A stretch of 64,000 nucleotides of DNA from Amoebidium appalachense (lineage: Eukaryota; Protista; Ichthyosporea), in the NCBI GenBank assembly GCA_963693365.1, contig CAVNZM010000001.1, positions 13,502,418 to 13,566,417 on the forward strand. Direction: 5' to 3'. The stretch's first letter is position 1. Each line of letters starts with the position of its first letter. The translations under genes and the position numbers were made by a program. Below, piece after piece: positions 1-34,660 of this stretch. The notes below the pieces were generated by a model. That model was not told the DNA's origin, did not search any database, and saw only the letters and a program-made list of their open reading frames with translations.

Positions 1-57
1 TGTGTGTGTGTGTGTGTGTGTGTGTTTTGGTGGTGGTGGTGGTGGTGGTGCTGGGGG

Positions 58-105
<48 letters not shown>

Positions 106-456
106 TATGCTTTTTTTTCCTTATAACCCGGCGCAGATATTGATTATTGTTGGCACAGCGAGGCCCTACATCTACTATGTAATTAGCCTGTTTGTGAAGT
201 GTCGTAGTTCTCAGCAGACATTCTGCCCGGGATAAAAAAAAAGGAAAAAGAAATAAAGAACTCCCGAGGAGAGCCCCGGAAAAAGAGATGTGGCCATGGT
301 CACGTGCACCGTGGCCGAGGGTCATCGTGGTGTGTGCGTGTGTTGACATGTGCAGCAAGTACGTACATGCGTTTGTGTATGTGGTGTCGCCGCATCAAAA
401 GCAATCGATATCTCCAATCTCTGGCCTGTCTCTTACGAAACTGCATAGGGAGGGCG

Positions 457-499
<43 letters not shown>

Positions 500-501
<2 letters not shown>

Positions 502-750
502 AGTTCGTGATAGAGTAGGAAGCACGGTGTTACACACGGGAGGCAGTTCGTGACCGAGTATGAGCACGCATTCATGACACAGACAAGAAATGCCGTTTTT
601 GTAAAGCACACACAACTTTCAGAGCTACCGTGACCTGACCTGACCGGCTCCTCCAACCTCCGTCTGTTCGTAAGAACAACTACTCCAGCACAGTATTCCT
701 ATATCTAAATTCGAAAGCTGGCTCCAGCCCCTTGAGGTAATGTCCCATTA
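500..750 (-). mobile_element. Decayed tyrosine-recombinase-like ORF end plus divergent 3' tail of the poly-C-associated repeat family
   Basis: Minus-strand frames give MGHYLKG / GAGASF / LDIGILCWSSCSY, resembling the YR C-terminus (GHSxRxGGAT...GRWxSxxY) with frameshifts. The tail ends gtgcttcctac...cgaacta followed by poly-C. Confidence 0.35.
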
Positions 751-769
751 AAAAGGAGGCCATGGCAGC

Positions 770-983
770 ACAAAGAGCATGCAATATAAAGCAGAATCCA
801 TCCTCATGGGGGCCCCACGTTAGCCACAGTCGTACTTGAGCCGAGTTTCGACCAATTCACCTCCGGAGGAGAAGGAGGGGTGGGACTGGGAAGGGAAGGG
901 GCGGCGGACAACACAAGGCAGGAGTGCAAACCACAAACAGCATGCATAATACACATAAAACACAGAGCCAGGGGTTTTTGTGT

Positions 984-1014
<31 letters not shown>

Positions 1015-1177
1015 GGGGGTTTGGGTTTGAATGCGGAACACGGTACGAGGTACGCATACACGATGAGAAGCAAAGTGAAGGACACATGCAAAGGCAAACA
1101 TCCAAGTATGCAATATCAGCATTGCGCACAGTATGCGTCATAAGCAGAGCCCATCCTCATCGAGGGCCCAAGTCATC
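770..1177 (-). repeat. Cluster of three fragments of the structured-repeat family (770-870 partial core, 905-975, 1027-1177)
   Basis: Shared motifs aagcagagcccatcctca, gagtttcgac and ttgaatgcggaacacggtacga also seen at 15454, 16600, 29451 and 55462. Confidence 0.8.
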
Positions 1178-1185
1178 GTGAGTGT

Positions 1186-1217
<32 letters not shown>

Positions 1218-1584
1218 TAAGTGCATAAGTGCGCCTCCACCATCACAATTAAGCTTTCCCCATGCCTCACGTAACTTACCCCCCCCCCCCCCCCCAGCGC
1301 AGCCTCAACAGAAACATCAACCCATAAAACAATTGGTCCTGCAAGATATTTATTCACCTTCAGTCTTTAAGCCCACAACCAGTTGCTTTCCTTTCGTCTC
1401 TACATCAAAGACATGAAGACAAAAAAGCATTCCGCGCCTTATCACGAAGGCAGAATACTCGAAAGAAAGTAACTCGGGACACTCAACGTAACACTAGCAA
1501 GCCAAACATTGGCCCTTTTTAATTTCTTTTCATACAAAAGATAATATACGAGTGCACACATCTGCCGTCATTCTGAAGAGTAGT

Positions 1585-3056
1585 TTAGTCGCCACCGGCC
1601 TTGAGGAGAACCTCCTTGTAGTCAATTTCGTCGGCACCTGTCGCTTGGATCTCCGTGGAGATACCCACGAGCTTCTTTCGGAGAGCATCCTTGCTGGATG
1701 CGGTCTGCAGGTCACCAGCAACATCAGTATCCCAATGGGACACACACATCACCACTACCACCAACTAGCAGTAACTGCACATGGGCTATGTTTTTGAGCA
1801 TCAGTGACCAGGCACCAGAACAAAATGTGAGCAAACTGTATCCGTATGCATAATATACTAAGTGCTAGCATGGTTAAAAAACCCACCCCCATCCTTGCCC
1901 CCCTCTAGCGCGCCTTCTTCCGGTTTTGTAGCTTTCTAACAAAAGGCACACACAGGGTAACAGCTGGGCTGAGTACATACCAACATCTTGAGCTTGATCT
2001 TGGCATCATCGGGTGCCCACACGAAGAAGATGAGCTTGTTGCGCTTGCCACCGTCTTTCAATTCGAAGTCAAAGTCGTAAACGGCATAGCGGCACTCTCC
2101 GGCGGGGAGCTCCTTAAGGAAGTCGTCATAGGTGGCGGAGGGATCGGCGAGCTTGGTCACAACGATTTCGGTGAACTTGTCGTTCAACTGCATGATCATG
2201 TACTTGTGCTTGTGGCCAAGCTTGATGTCGTTGTACTTGTTAACGACATCATCGGCAACGGCAACTCCAGAGGCCTGTCAAAGACAACGTCAGAGCCCAA
2301 ACTCGAACTTTGTGATATGGAATCTTCTGGTTAGGGCGGCCCTAAACTGTGTTTATAGTAATAGTGGGGAGGCGGAGTCCACAAAACAAATTCGTCCACA
2401 ATAGGTCTGGTGCTACCTTTGCCTTCCAAGTATAGAGATCACAAACTGAACGCAAAAAAGCAGGTAACCTTTTCTAGCTTGCCATCGTGGATGCGTCCAC
2501 ATACAAAGACTACCTGCCCTACGTCAGCCCTTGCTAACACCAGCCCCGTGAGGGATCCAGCATCCAACCCACAAGAACGTGAAATATAAGTTGCGTGAGA
2601 GCCTAGTCCTCCGTCTTGAGACCTCGCGACAACCTCTTACATTCGTCCTCCGGGGTGAAACAGAGAGTAAAACGACAAAAAGAGACCTGTCACTAAATAG
2701 GGATTGTATATATATATATCCAAACCGGGGATTGAATATATAAAACCAAACCGACGCCACAAAGGTCTTTACAACATGTTCCTCGTTCTCCCTGCTCTCC
2801 TTCAGCGCGCACTCCCGCGCCCTGAGAATCCCCTAAGTCGAACATTATATTATAACTCAGCTTGAGGAAACCCTAAAAGTAAACCCTATTAGTAGTTTGA
2901 AGCTGACGGGTTTTTACGACGATGACTAGTAACTACGCGGCGCTCCGCCCCTGAGAACTGAAATGTATCAGGAAAAAGCGCTTTAAGAGGTTGGATACGT
3001 ATGGATACAGCGCGGATGGACAATATGAGGTAGACAAAACCTATGTTTCTTACCAT
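1585..3056 (-). CDS. cof1: Cofilin/actin-depolymerizing factor, 138 aa; exons 3056-3054 (ATG only), 2274-1981, 1704-1585
   Basis: Spliced translation MASGVAVADDVVNKYNDIKLGHKHKYMIMQL...ECRYAVYDFDF...RNKLIFFVWAPDDAKIKLKML|TASSKDALRKKLVGISTEIQATGADEIDY...GD* has the ADF-H hallmarks. GT-AG sites (ATG|gtaag, tgacag|GCC, TTG|gtatgt, ctgcag|ACC) are all phase 0. An intron directly after the ATG is typical of ADF/cofilin genes. Confidence 0.95.
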
Positions 3057-3160
3057 TTTGAAAAATTGGATTCACCCGGCAGAGGGCGTAAACCTGTCTG
3101 ATTGTTGCCTTAAAAAAAAAAAAAAAAAAACACACTGACAAAATTTGTCACAGAGATTCA

Positions 3161-3575
3161 TTTATATAGGTATTTATTTTGCTCAGAGGAGGGCAAAACC
3201 TTCTTCCCTGACAACACGGCGACGCATTACAGCCTGTATGTTTTTCTACAGCATATTTGCTATCTTAATATTACACCAGGTATTTTTTTTTTTTGGTAAT
3301 TAGAAAAAAAGAGTTACGCTTTTTGAGGCCCCAAATATAAAGGAAAATATTAGAATGGAAAAGTGCCATTCCGTCTGGTTGCTATCCAGAAGGACATAGC
3401 CACTTTTGTAAAACGTGCTGCCCTCCTCTATTACCAATCAATTGAGAGCAAGGATTGGTGGGTTGTTTTGTTGCCGTATTTGGCAGGTTCTTGTTATGTC
3501 GCCAATCAGCGTGCGCCAAGCGCACCGAAGCCAGAAATTTCTGATTGGTCAAATCAGCACCACCCTTTTTATTGG
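3161..3575 (-). promoter_or_regulatory. Putative cofilin promoter (TATA-like element plus clustered CCAAT boxes)
   Basis: TATATAAA on the minus strand at 3161-3168, ~110 bp upstream of the ATG; several CCAAT/ATTGG motifs at ~3434-3575; region free of simple repeats. Confidence 0.45.
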
Positions 3576-4597
3576 TGTTGCCAACTTGCGCTGGGATCCC
3601 CCAACACTTCTAAGTGGGGGGGCGATCGTATGTCCGTACCTGCGCTCCCGGGAATTTTAGACCCCGTTTGCATATGTGTGTAACAATATGTAACTAGTAG
3701 CTACGGAAAATGGAGCCTCGTTATACCATAATGCCCATATTTAGCGTGAGGTTATTGATTTTATTATATGTAGATCCAAATGCAGTCCTATGTCTGTAAC
3801 GGAATTTTACGTGGCCTAAATGTCGAAACTGGAAGGATCGTAAATCCGCTGTTACACACATACGACTCGCCCCACACATTTGAGGTTTGGGGGATCCTGC
3901 GCTGCCCTGTTAGAGTGGCCAGAGAAAACCATGCTTCCGTTTTACAAGCTGAATAAATATTTGCCCATGATTCTTTGCAAATAAATGCGTAGCTTGCAAG
4001 GATGCAGTACAGAAAAAACTCTGATGATTAGCCGTCGCTATAGGATTTGAAGTTGCCGCCAAACTGTTGGCCCTGGCACTGTGGCTCTTGACTTCACCCG
4101 ATCATCCCGCCACACTCCAGGGGGGGTTTGCAGGAGCTCGAGGTGCTGACTCAAATTGTCACTCAATAATCAATTTAAATTTCTGCCAGCTGGAGTTTGA
4201 ACAGTCTTACTCAGCCTGTGACAGCTTGTCGGCTGAATACCGCAATATTGATATTTCGAATCACAATATTTTATCACATCCTTATTTTCAAGTTTTTGCC
4301 AACCTAATTTTTTTTGAAAAAATCAAAGCCATAGTAACATAATTATGTATCTGCTAGATATTTAGCTAAAACTATTCCAATAATCCAATTCTCGATACCC
4401 CATCCAGTTTTATCTTCGCTGTCGGGGGATCTTGGAGATACCGGACACCTGCCATAACAGGAAGGTGTGTTGGGTTGTCGGGGTGGCACCTGTTTGAACC
4501 TTTTTTTGTCGCCTTTGCGGAAACCCTCAGAGGGGTTGGTTTTGGCGCCAAACACTCACGTGTGACTTCGTGCAACTTCGCAACTTCGCGTCGCCCC

Positions 4598-4784
<187 letters not shown>

Positions 4785-5331
4785 TACTTTTTCTGTCTTT
4801 CTTTGTTGGGCTTTCTCCAACCATGATGCTGCGCTAACTTTCAGATCTAGAATCTTGGCGAGGAAGTTCTTAGGTTCAAATTTCTCTCACCTTCGTTCGT
4901 CAAGGTCGTGCACAGCCGTGCACGTGAAGCCCCCAAGCACCTACTAGGTTCTCTACAACAAAAATAATTTATCCTGGCGGTTTGTCTTTCTTTGCCTTTA
5001 TTCTATTTTTCACACTTCTCCAATATTATCTGACGATCTCATTCCTCAACCCTAACGTTTCTGTTCTCCCCTTCCCCTTCCCTCCCAAACACGCAAACAC
5101 ACACACATACACACACCTGCACTCCGCTTCCCAGAACCCCCTCCCCACGTTATTCGACACTTCTCGAATTTCTGCATAAGTGCCTCTGAACCACACGACC
5201 GTGTGCACACATACTCGCATACACATAACTCATGTGTCTCTGAGCATGCGTACAGCACGGCCCTCTCACCACACCCACTGGTTATGTACATGATTATGCC
5301 GCACATTGCACGACCACCGTGCTTATACACA

Positions 5332-5385
<54 letters not shown>

Positions 5386-5597
5386 AAACACACACACACC
5401 TCGGCTCTTCAGGGTGTGCAAACACTCGCATATGATATTGACACGTATGCATCATAGTCACCGTATAACACTAAGCTCTGACATCCACCCGGTATGCATT
5501 CCCCCTTCCCCCTCCCCCCCCCCCCCCCCCCCCCCCCCCTCCCCCCCCTCCCCCCTCCCCCTACCTGCCCACCCCCCCACCCCCCCCCGAATTTGTT

Positions 5598-5696
5598 TCT
5601 ACTTGTGATGCATACTCCCTGTACACGTGCCCTGCGAAATTTGCGGTGTGTTGTCCGTCGGCAATGTGTACTTCTTACCGTTTTATGTAACATTGC

Positions 5697-5750
<54 letters not shown>

Positions 5751-5997
5751 ACACACACACACACACACACAAATACTAACACACACACACACACACACAC
5801 ACATACACTTTTTCCAAGACCCCCCCCCCCCCACCCTCCCCTCCGCATACTGTGCGCATTGCTGACGTTGCACACGAATGTTTGCGTTTGCATGTGTTCT
5901 GCACCATGCTTCTCATCGTGTATGTGTACTTCGTACCGTGCTCCGCATTCAAACACCCCCCCGCTCCCCCTCCCCTCGGCCTTCGCCAGCCTTCCAG

Positions 5998-6029
<32 letters not shown>

Positions 6030-6212
6030 TTCCCCTCTTCAGAACAGACATGACTTGGGCGCCCTGAGGGTGAGCTCTGCTTATGATGCATGCTCTACGT
6101 GTGCTTGCAGTCTGCATTGTGTTGCCCGTCATGACTGCGAACTTCGTACTTGTACACCCCCCCCCCCCCCCCTCCCCTCCAACCGCCACCTCCACCACCA
6201 CCCTCTCCCCCC

Positions 6213-6250
<38 letters not shown>

Positions 6251-6432
6251 AACAAACTCTCTCTCTCCGTCTCAGACCCCCTATTTTTACTTCTGTCGAG
6301 AATCAGTTTCGACCCGAAGCTCTAGGTCTCTCACTCCTCCCTTCCCCCGCATACTCTTTATGTATGGCTTGCATTCCTGCATCGTGTTATCCGTTTGTTC
6401 TTGTGTACTTCGTACTTTACGATGCATTCAAA
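5598..6432 (+). repeat. Cluster of four fragments of the structured-repeat family in plus orientation (5598-5700, 5845-5953, 6049-6155, 6348-6432)
   Basis: Each ends in a gtacttcgtac-like hairpin, then gcattcaaa or a variant, then poly-C; 6049-6085 carries atgacttgggcgccctgagggtgagctctgcttatg. Confidence 0.8.
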
Positions 6433-6628
6433 CCCCCCCCCCCCCCCCTCCCTCCCTCCCCCTCTCTGTGTGTACATGTGTCTCTCCCCTCCCCCTCCTC
6501 AATCGCCTCTGCCCCCCCCCCAACCCCCCCCCCAAACACCCCCTTCCCCCATTCCTCCTTCACCCGTAGTACTATACACCACGACCTTTCCCAACTCTTA
6601 ACACATTCCCGTTAATGCCAATCGTCGA

Positions 6629-6664
<36 letters not shown>

Positions 6665-6732
6665 CACGCACGCGCATGCGCGCACACACGCACACGCACA
6701 CACGCACACACACACATGCACGCACGCGCACG

Positions 6733-6779
<47 letters not shown>

Positions 6780-7433
6780 GCACGCACACACACACGCACA
6801 CACACTATAGATACATGTACATACTGTAATGCAGGCCTAGTTTCCCCACTGGCCACCCATGCCAACCGTGATACACATTTAATATGGCCATGTGTCGTAT
6901 GTATGCGTTAAGGTTAGTGTAGCATATATTCACATTCTCACCCATTTTATGTGAACTACGTTTAGTCTCGCCATAACCATGCACGAATATATTTTTTTTT
7001 AGATAACATGTTAACACACTTCAGGCATCTGATGCATAAAATACTATGTTTTATGTCTATTTGATATTCAATTCTGGTGGTTTTGTCAGAGGATTGTATC
7101 CTACACCTCCACTGAATTGAAGAATAAAATGCCTTCCAAATGAATGCTATGTTCATACTCGCCTGCTCTATGCCCCCCCCCCCCCCCCCCCCCCCTTCCT
7201 CCCCCCCCCCCCCCCCCCCCCGATCTAGCCGCACGTGTCGTATGGAGCAGTTTAGTTACTACCAACATGCGAGGGAACTACCGTCTACAACACAGCACCA
7301 ACAGTACACCAGCTAGGTTGGTAAATATGAAGTTAGTACATACAGTACCGTTTGCGATAGAGCATTGAACCATTTGTTGAAACCACCCCTTAGCTACTGA
7401 GTACAACCCCTCCCCCCCCCCCCCCCCCCTTCC

Positions 7434-7569
7434 CCCTGAGGACGGGCTCTGCTTATGACGCATACTGTGCACATGGCTTATCTTGCATACTTGAATGTTT
7501 GCCTTTGCATGTGTCCTGCACCATGCTTCTCATCGTGTATGCGTACTTCGTACCGTGTTCCGCATTCAA
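7434..7569 (+). repeat. Structured-repeat family, subfamily V1, 5'-truncated
   Basis: Near-identical to the reverse complement of 29451-29586. Confidence 0.9.
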
Positions 7570-7960
7570 CCCTGGATCCCCCCCTCCCCCCCCATTTTTT
7601 TTTTCTTTTTCCCCTCACATCTTTTTTGCCTGGGAAAAAATCAGTACTTCGTAATTAACGCAGGAGCCAACAGTCAGGCTGCCTTTGCCAAATCACCAGC
7701 TAGCTCATGTCCCAATCGACTGGTCTGGCGACCACAACTCTTTGAAACACAATAGATCAATATTACAGGCGTTGTTTAGCCATGTCACAGCCACGGTGTC
7801 TGTGCATGTGAATGTGCGTGTGTGTGTGCGTGTGTGTGTGGGCGCGCGCGTGCGCGCGTGTGTGTGCGCTTTTGCGAGTGTGACTCCTTGTGAAATGTGC
7901 GTCGGTTCGAGACTGTGGCGACTGCGTACTGTGTGTGTATGGCCTGTGATGTTGGAATAT

Positions 7961-8005
<45 letters not shown>

Positions 8006-8392
8006 ACACGCACGCACGCACGCACGTGCACACACACACACAAACACACACACACCATAAAATTTCTGCATTTTTACCCTCTTCGCCCAACGGAGCACGC
8101 TGCGCCCAACCGAGCGTGTTTTTTATTGATCGATCACCGTTTCACCGTGTCTACTACATGTCACAAACATTACCGTAATTGCCACACAACCATTCTGTAT
8201 CTGTTTGCATTTCTAACATGTAGTGATGCATCGATGAACAAAGAAAAACGGTTTATGTTAACTTGGTGCTTCTCCCCAAAAACACGAGAACAGTACCACA
8301 CAGCCTGATTCCATTCACGCGTTACAACAGTTGGAAAGAAACATATTTTTTAAAAAAAAGAACAAGCAAGAATTACGGGCCGACTGTTACAT

Positions 8393-8427
<35 letters not shown>

Positions 8428-8872
8428 TTGCACGTACGTAGGCGCATGCATGTGCCTGGTTAGGCTCGAGAGATATGACGCCTCAAAAACGGACCAGCAG
8501 CAACCCGGTCGCAAATACACGCAAGAAAAAGCGGCAACATCGTACTAACCATGCTATATCACCAACTTTTAACCGTGGGTATGGAAAAAAAAACGAAACA
8601 AAAGACAAAAACCAAAACAAACAGAGACGAACACAACTAATGGTATTCAATACCACCATAATATCGTGTGGGAGGGGGAAAGAGCCTTGTATCATACCAT
8701 CCTATAGCCAAACCTAAGTGGGCTGTATACCTATCCCACAATATCTTCACCTATTAACAGCCCCTTGTGCGGTTGGCTTCAAAGCACTAATCACACTGCT
8801 ATCACGCCAGCACGAACATACGGCGATAACATAAATTCCTTAGAGCAATTGCAACTTCAGATCAGCCGGCAT

Positions 8873-20643
<11,771 letters not shown>

Positions 20644-21711
20644 CGTGTCCTGTTCTGGATGCATGTTTTCCTGAGTTATTTAAACAAGTTATGATATGAT
20701 GACTGAGGGCCCAAGGGAGGGCAAAAAAAATATGACTCAGTGCAATTCCGTATAAAAGAGTGTTTGGAGTTCAAAGGCACAATGAAGAACACGATACATG
20801 CCATAGGTATATGGGTTGCGTGGTGTCACTGGGGAGCGGCGTGAGGGGAAGTGCGGAGAAACATAGAGCAACAGCCAAAGTGATGACGATGGAACCAAAG
20901 CCAACTCCATGGCAACCAAAAATTAACAGTATAAACCGTAAGCAAATGTAGCCAGATGTATATGAGGCTATCACCACAAAAGCCAGATTGATTGGTGCAT
21001 GCGTCTAGTCTCTCGATTCTTACTATCAACTTGGGGGTATCAACCGTGTGAAACCAAAGGAACTGAACTATTCTTGGGCGAATATAGATTAAAATTGTCC
21101 ACCTACAGGTAAGCAGAGCCAGAAGTGCCACAGCCATACAGCACTACAGCCCAAAGCAGAAAAACCCACATAAACCATTGTAACATAAAAGGCCATCACG
21201 GTTTTGTGACAGCAGGTTGTCAAGAAAAACTAGAGAGGAGGGGGCGGAAGGGAGGGAGAGGAAAACAAGTAAACAAAGGGTACAGTAGTCTTGCGAGTGT
21301 ATTGGCCGTGCATGATAGTAAAGTTAAAAATACCTATTCAGTAGAGCTGACTTGTAAAATTCGCTATCCTATCTCCACTAATCTTGTCGATTGTAGAAAT
21401 CCCTGTCCACATCAGTTGGTGCCGGCACAAACTTTCACAGAAACAAAAAAACAAGTTGACGTTTTGGCAAACTTGAAGACGTCAAGTACTTTACAAACGT
21501 CGATTTTTATTGACCGAATATTTTGGTGCAAATCAGGCTTTATTTGGCCTACATCATAGGAAAATGGTACTAAGTATAGAAACCAGAGGGCCAACGCTAA
21601 TCGTCAGGCCGCCAATCGAAGTGCCCCTAGCCCTGGAATCTTAATTTCCTGAATTCATGGAATGTTGTCGATGCATATGTTTGTGTCGATCGATATCGGA
21701 CATGCAGATGG

Positions 21712-22078
21712 TCGAGGCAAAGAGAGACCAGTCTCCGAATGGGGGCTTTTTGCTCGGAATATCCCCACAGCGGTATATCATGATCAAGTACATAGATGTC
21801 GGGTGATGATTGTATATCAGGGTTTACTTTCTCTACGAGGCACCATAAAAACTAAGAAATTTTTTTTTTCTTCTTTTGACTGGATTTATTCGACGGAAAG
21901 ATATGCAAATATGCACGGCATACTGAGCTAGACAATAAAAAACTTCACGAGTTATCCTGAGATACCTGAACACTGTGTGAAAATCATGTAAATCAATTAG
22001 TTGGGTTCCCCGTTGGTTTTGTTTTTTTTTGTTTTGTTTTTTTTTCCTCGGGCTCCCCTGGGACACTCGGTATCAGCT

Positions 22079-22176
<98 letters not shown>

Positions 22177-23900
22177 TGTGTGTATACACATGTGTGTGTG
22201 TGTGTGGTGTGTGTGCGCGCGTGCGCTAGAATTTTGTAATGAATCAGATGTGTTTCTCAAGCCAATCAGTACATCTAATAAACAGGTCATAGTTACGTGT
22301 GTTTAGTATAAAATTAAGGATGTTGCAGTATTCAGGTAGGCTATCTTTCTGGGTGCCTGTTGTGCTCATGAATGTGTCGTACGTGTGTGTTGCGGTATCA
22401 TGTGGTCTATCAAACTACATTTGGCGATACATGACTGTTTAAACTGGTGTGTGTGTGTACATGTTTGGGCATGCAAACGATGCCACCTTATAATTATTAG
22501 ATCTCCACTGTATAGCACGTGTACAGTAAAGGCGTGGTAAGTGATCAATAATACCATCAGCTACAGAAAGACCAATTCTACAGGAAGGTAATATGTATTT
22601 AGGTGTTACACATTTGCGAGTGCCATATTTGGTAATATGGTTAAGGCGGTCATTATCATGATTGAAACGAGACATAAGGGCTTCGTTTTTCAAGGTGTAT
22701 GCTTTCATCGGGTCTAGTGTCGTGTGGTATCTTTTTCCATTTGTTTTATATTGTGTGATTATTTTGTGATTTGTACATGTCTAACAAGTATAAATGGCAG
22801 TCCAAAGTCACACGCACACTTTTGCGGGGTTTATTTGTATTTGTGCATGCCCGGGGAAGAAGAAGAGAGAGAGGGAAGAAAAGAGGGGAGAGGTGGGGAG
22901 GGGACAGGTCGGATAGAGAAGAGAGGGTGGGAGGGCAAATACTTCTTTAAGCGGCTTATGTGCTTGTTGAATTTCAGCGCGAGATGGGATACTCTCTCTA
23001 GCAGCTATTGGGACCAGACCACATATCGAGAGCGTTACAGGCCCAGGTTTACAACAGTTGTTAGATAGAAAGGAGGCAACTTCTACTTCAAGGAAATTTG
23101 CCAAGGGTTTAAGCGCTCTAGTTCTCTCTTTCTTGATGGCCAAGCGGCGAGAAGGGGTAAACCTTATTCACATGCCGGGAAGACAAAAGTGCGAATATAT
23201 GTAAGTCTATTAGAAGGATGGAGGAGTGTGTCTTTAAAAATATTAGCCGAGAAGAAAGCTAAAGTAACCGCTTGCGAGCCAGCCCTACCCTCTTTTCAAC
23301 CATATAGGAAAACATAACACCGTCAGAATTAACCGGAACACCAAGATATTCGTATTCTGGAACTATAGGTACAGGTTTAGATGATAATGTAAATGAGTGT
23401 AATTTAGTTAGCTATATTACTGGTACAAGAACACCACATTTGTCTATGTTAAGAATCATCTTAAGGTTTGCCTTGCACCACTCTGACACTATATCGAACA
23501 ATCTTTGCAGGCGTCTAGGGGTACGGGCAAGGAGGGACAGATCATCAGCATAGAGAAGTGCAGGCGGAAAGTTATTAATAGGGTCATCATTTTCCGCGCC
23601 ATAAATCTTGACAGCCAAATCATCTATAAATATGTTGAACAAAAAGGGGCTAAGTAATGAACCCTGCAAGAGACCTCTAGTACGAGAAAAACCATATGAA
23701 AGGTGCCCATTAACCACAGCTCTACCATAAGTTTGAGACAAGAGTGCTTCTAGCAAAACACCAATGCAGTGTGGTACACCCCGTGCAGCAAGCTTTTCCC
23801 ATAGGAGACCAGGGGAGACAGAATCGTAAGCAGTTTTCCAATCAATAAAACCAACATATCGTGCACCAACTTGCATAGAATCGTGCAGCAGTGCCATTGT
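21712..23900 (-). mobile_element. 5'-truncated, frameshifted non-LTR retrotransposon (RT domain, C-terminal Cys/His region, 3' UTR)
   Basis: ORF 23412-23897 has FIDWKTAYDSV, RGLLQGSLLSPFLFNIFIDDL, LYADD and NIDKC; YEYLGV follows in another frame. Downstream sequence is collinear with 38179-39531. Confidence 0.92.
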
Positions 23901-24627
23901 TTGAACATAACATGAATCGTTTACATGCAGATATCGAAAAGCGCCTTCATATGAAAAAACATGGGTAATGATGCATCAATCTTGTACTGATATGGGAATT
24001 CGAATACGCCCCTTGCATGTACGTGTGAGCTGTTGACACCTGCCGTGGCAATGTGTTTATCATTGATACACTTGTGCATGTGCATATGCAACCCGGCCAT
24101 CCTTGCATCAAACCATCAGGGCATCATGATTTTCGAGAAGTGCCCATGGCCGAATATCAATCTGCCATTTACCACCCAGAATGTATCCCTAGCCAATCTC
24201 GAACGCCAGGGGCGGGAATACATACGTGTGCGTATGTGTGTGTGTGTGTTGGTGGTGGCTGGTGGCCAGAGTGGGGGGAGGGACTATCGTCATCATCTTA
24301 CACCTCTGAACCAGCACACCTGGTTTCGATCTCTCAAGTTGGCGACTAGCACTGCTCAACTGCAGCTTCCGCCTTCAACTTTAATAATCGTAATATTCAC
24401 ACGTTGGCAAAAAATATTGGAAAACCCACTCATGTGCAATCCAGGGGTCGGATATACCATTTCTATTGGAAGCAAGTACTGACAACGGGCGCAACTGCAA
24501 AATTTTCAAATAACACTCCCTAAAAGCTTCATAATGATTATATTAGATATCGGAGCATCAAGTCTTCTGACACCCCAGTTGTTTTGAAAGAACGTTGACT
24601 ATCAAAACCTTATTTTGCTGAACAACT

Positions 24628-33130
<8,503 letters not shown>

Positions 33131-33870
33131 AGTTCCCCTTTTCGTTCCTGGAAAACTTGCGTCTTATTAGGCTGCACAAAAATAGACAGCTAGGCTAATA
33201 CCTTGCTGTTTTAGGCAAGCTCGATTGGAATCTACAACAGGTGAAGGTGGTAGGGCTTGGTGTCTGACAACGTGTGAGTGTGTGTTTGAATCACTGACAC
33301 TTAGTTACTGAGTCTTGCTTGTGGCCCCTACCGACCTCCCACCATGTATGTTGGCTCTAAAAAGCTGTTTGTTATTGGGTGATGTTATGAAAATGCTATC
33401 CCGCAAGTACTTACATGCGTTATACATTAACCATAGCATATATCATATATATATATGTATTGTCTTTATCAACTACAAAGATTCAATGGTCACATATATA
33501 AAAATCATCACATCACTACCAGGAAACATCATTACACCACTGCAATGAAACAGTAAAATAAAAGGAAGCTGTTTATCGAAAGTTTGTCAAGTGGAATGCG
33601 TACACCGGTGATGACGTAACACTACTTTGCTTAGTGATTATGACGTCACAGATTGTTTGCGACATCAAACAACCTAAAAGCTCACACGCACCGCGGGCCG
33701 TCCGCGTGAGGCTCAGTCGAAAAATCATCTGCTAACGATATCTCCAAGTACCGTAAGCAGCATCATCATCATCAGTGGTAGTGTCCCCACACCGGCCCCG
33801 AGACTGGGCCTACCGGTACCCCCCCCCCCCCCCCCCCCCCCCCCTCCCCTCCCCCTCCCCCCCCCCTCCC

Positions 33871-33972
<102 letters not shown>

Positions 33973-34616
33973 ACACACAGGCCCGACCCCGGCCTTCTCC
34001 CCTCAGCCCTCAGAACCAACCAACCACAACGGCCACGTGCGCATGAATCACCACATGTACACGTGCACATATAAACACGCATACCGTCTTTGACATACAC
34101 ACTTGTTCTACCCACTTCCACCAACCTTCACGTGTCATTTCATGAACCGTTGTCCGTCGTACACCACGGAGCTACACCACGGGTGACCCATTCCCCTCCC
34201 CACCTCCTCCGGCCCCCTCCCGCCCGGGCCCCATCCCCCCCTCCCCCCCCCCCCCGGTCCCCTCCCGACCTCTCTCCTTCCTCCCTCCGGCCCCCTCCCC
34301 CCCCCCCCCCCCCCCCCCAACACACACACATACACACGCAAACAACCCCCCCCCCTCCCCCCACACACACACACCGTCCAACTCGTGTATACACACATGC
34401 ACACACGCGCGCGCACGTCACACACATTGCCGTCAGAGGCTAGAATCAACCTCGCGGTGCGGAAACACAAGCCACAAGTTGGTTAAAAAAAGTTTCTACG
34501 TATTACTAAGCTCCACGCAGGTTTGATTTCGCTTTTTTATTATTTTTTTTTTGGGGGGGGGGGGGGCTGATGCAGGTTTAGGGTTACAGTGTGGGTGGAT
34601 GCATGGGGGCAGGGGG

Positions 34617-34660
<44 letters not shown>

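Noticed and set aside
3330-3343. SRF CArG box in the cofilin promoter
   Set aside because: CCAAATATAAGG has 8, not 6, A/T bases between CC and GG.
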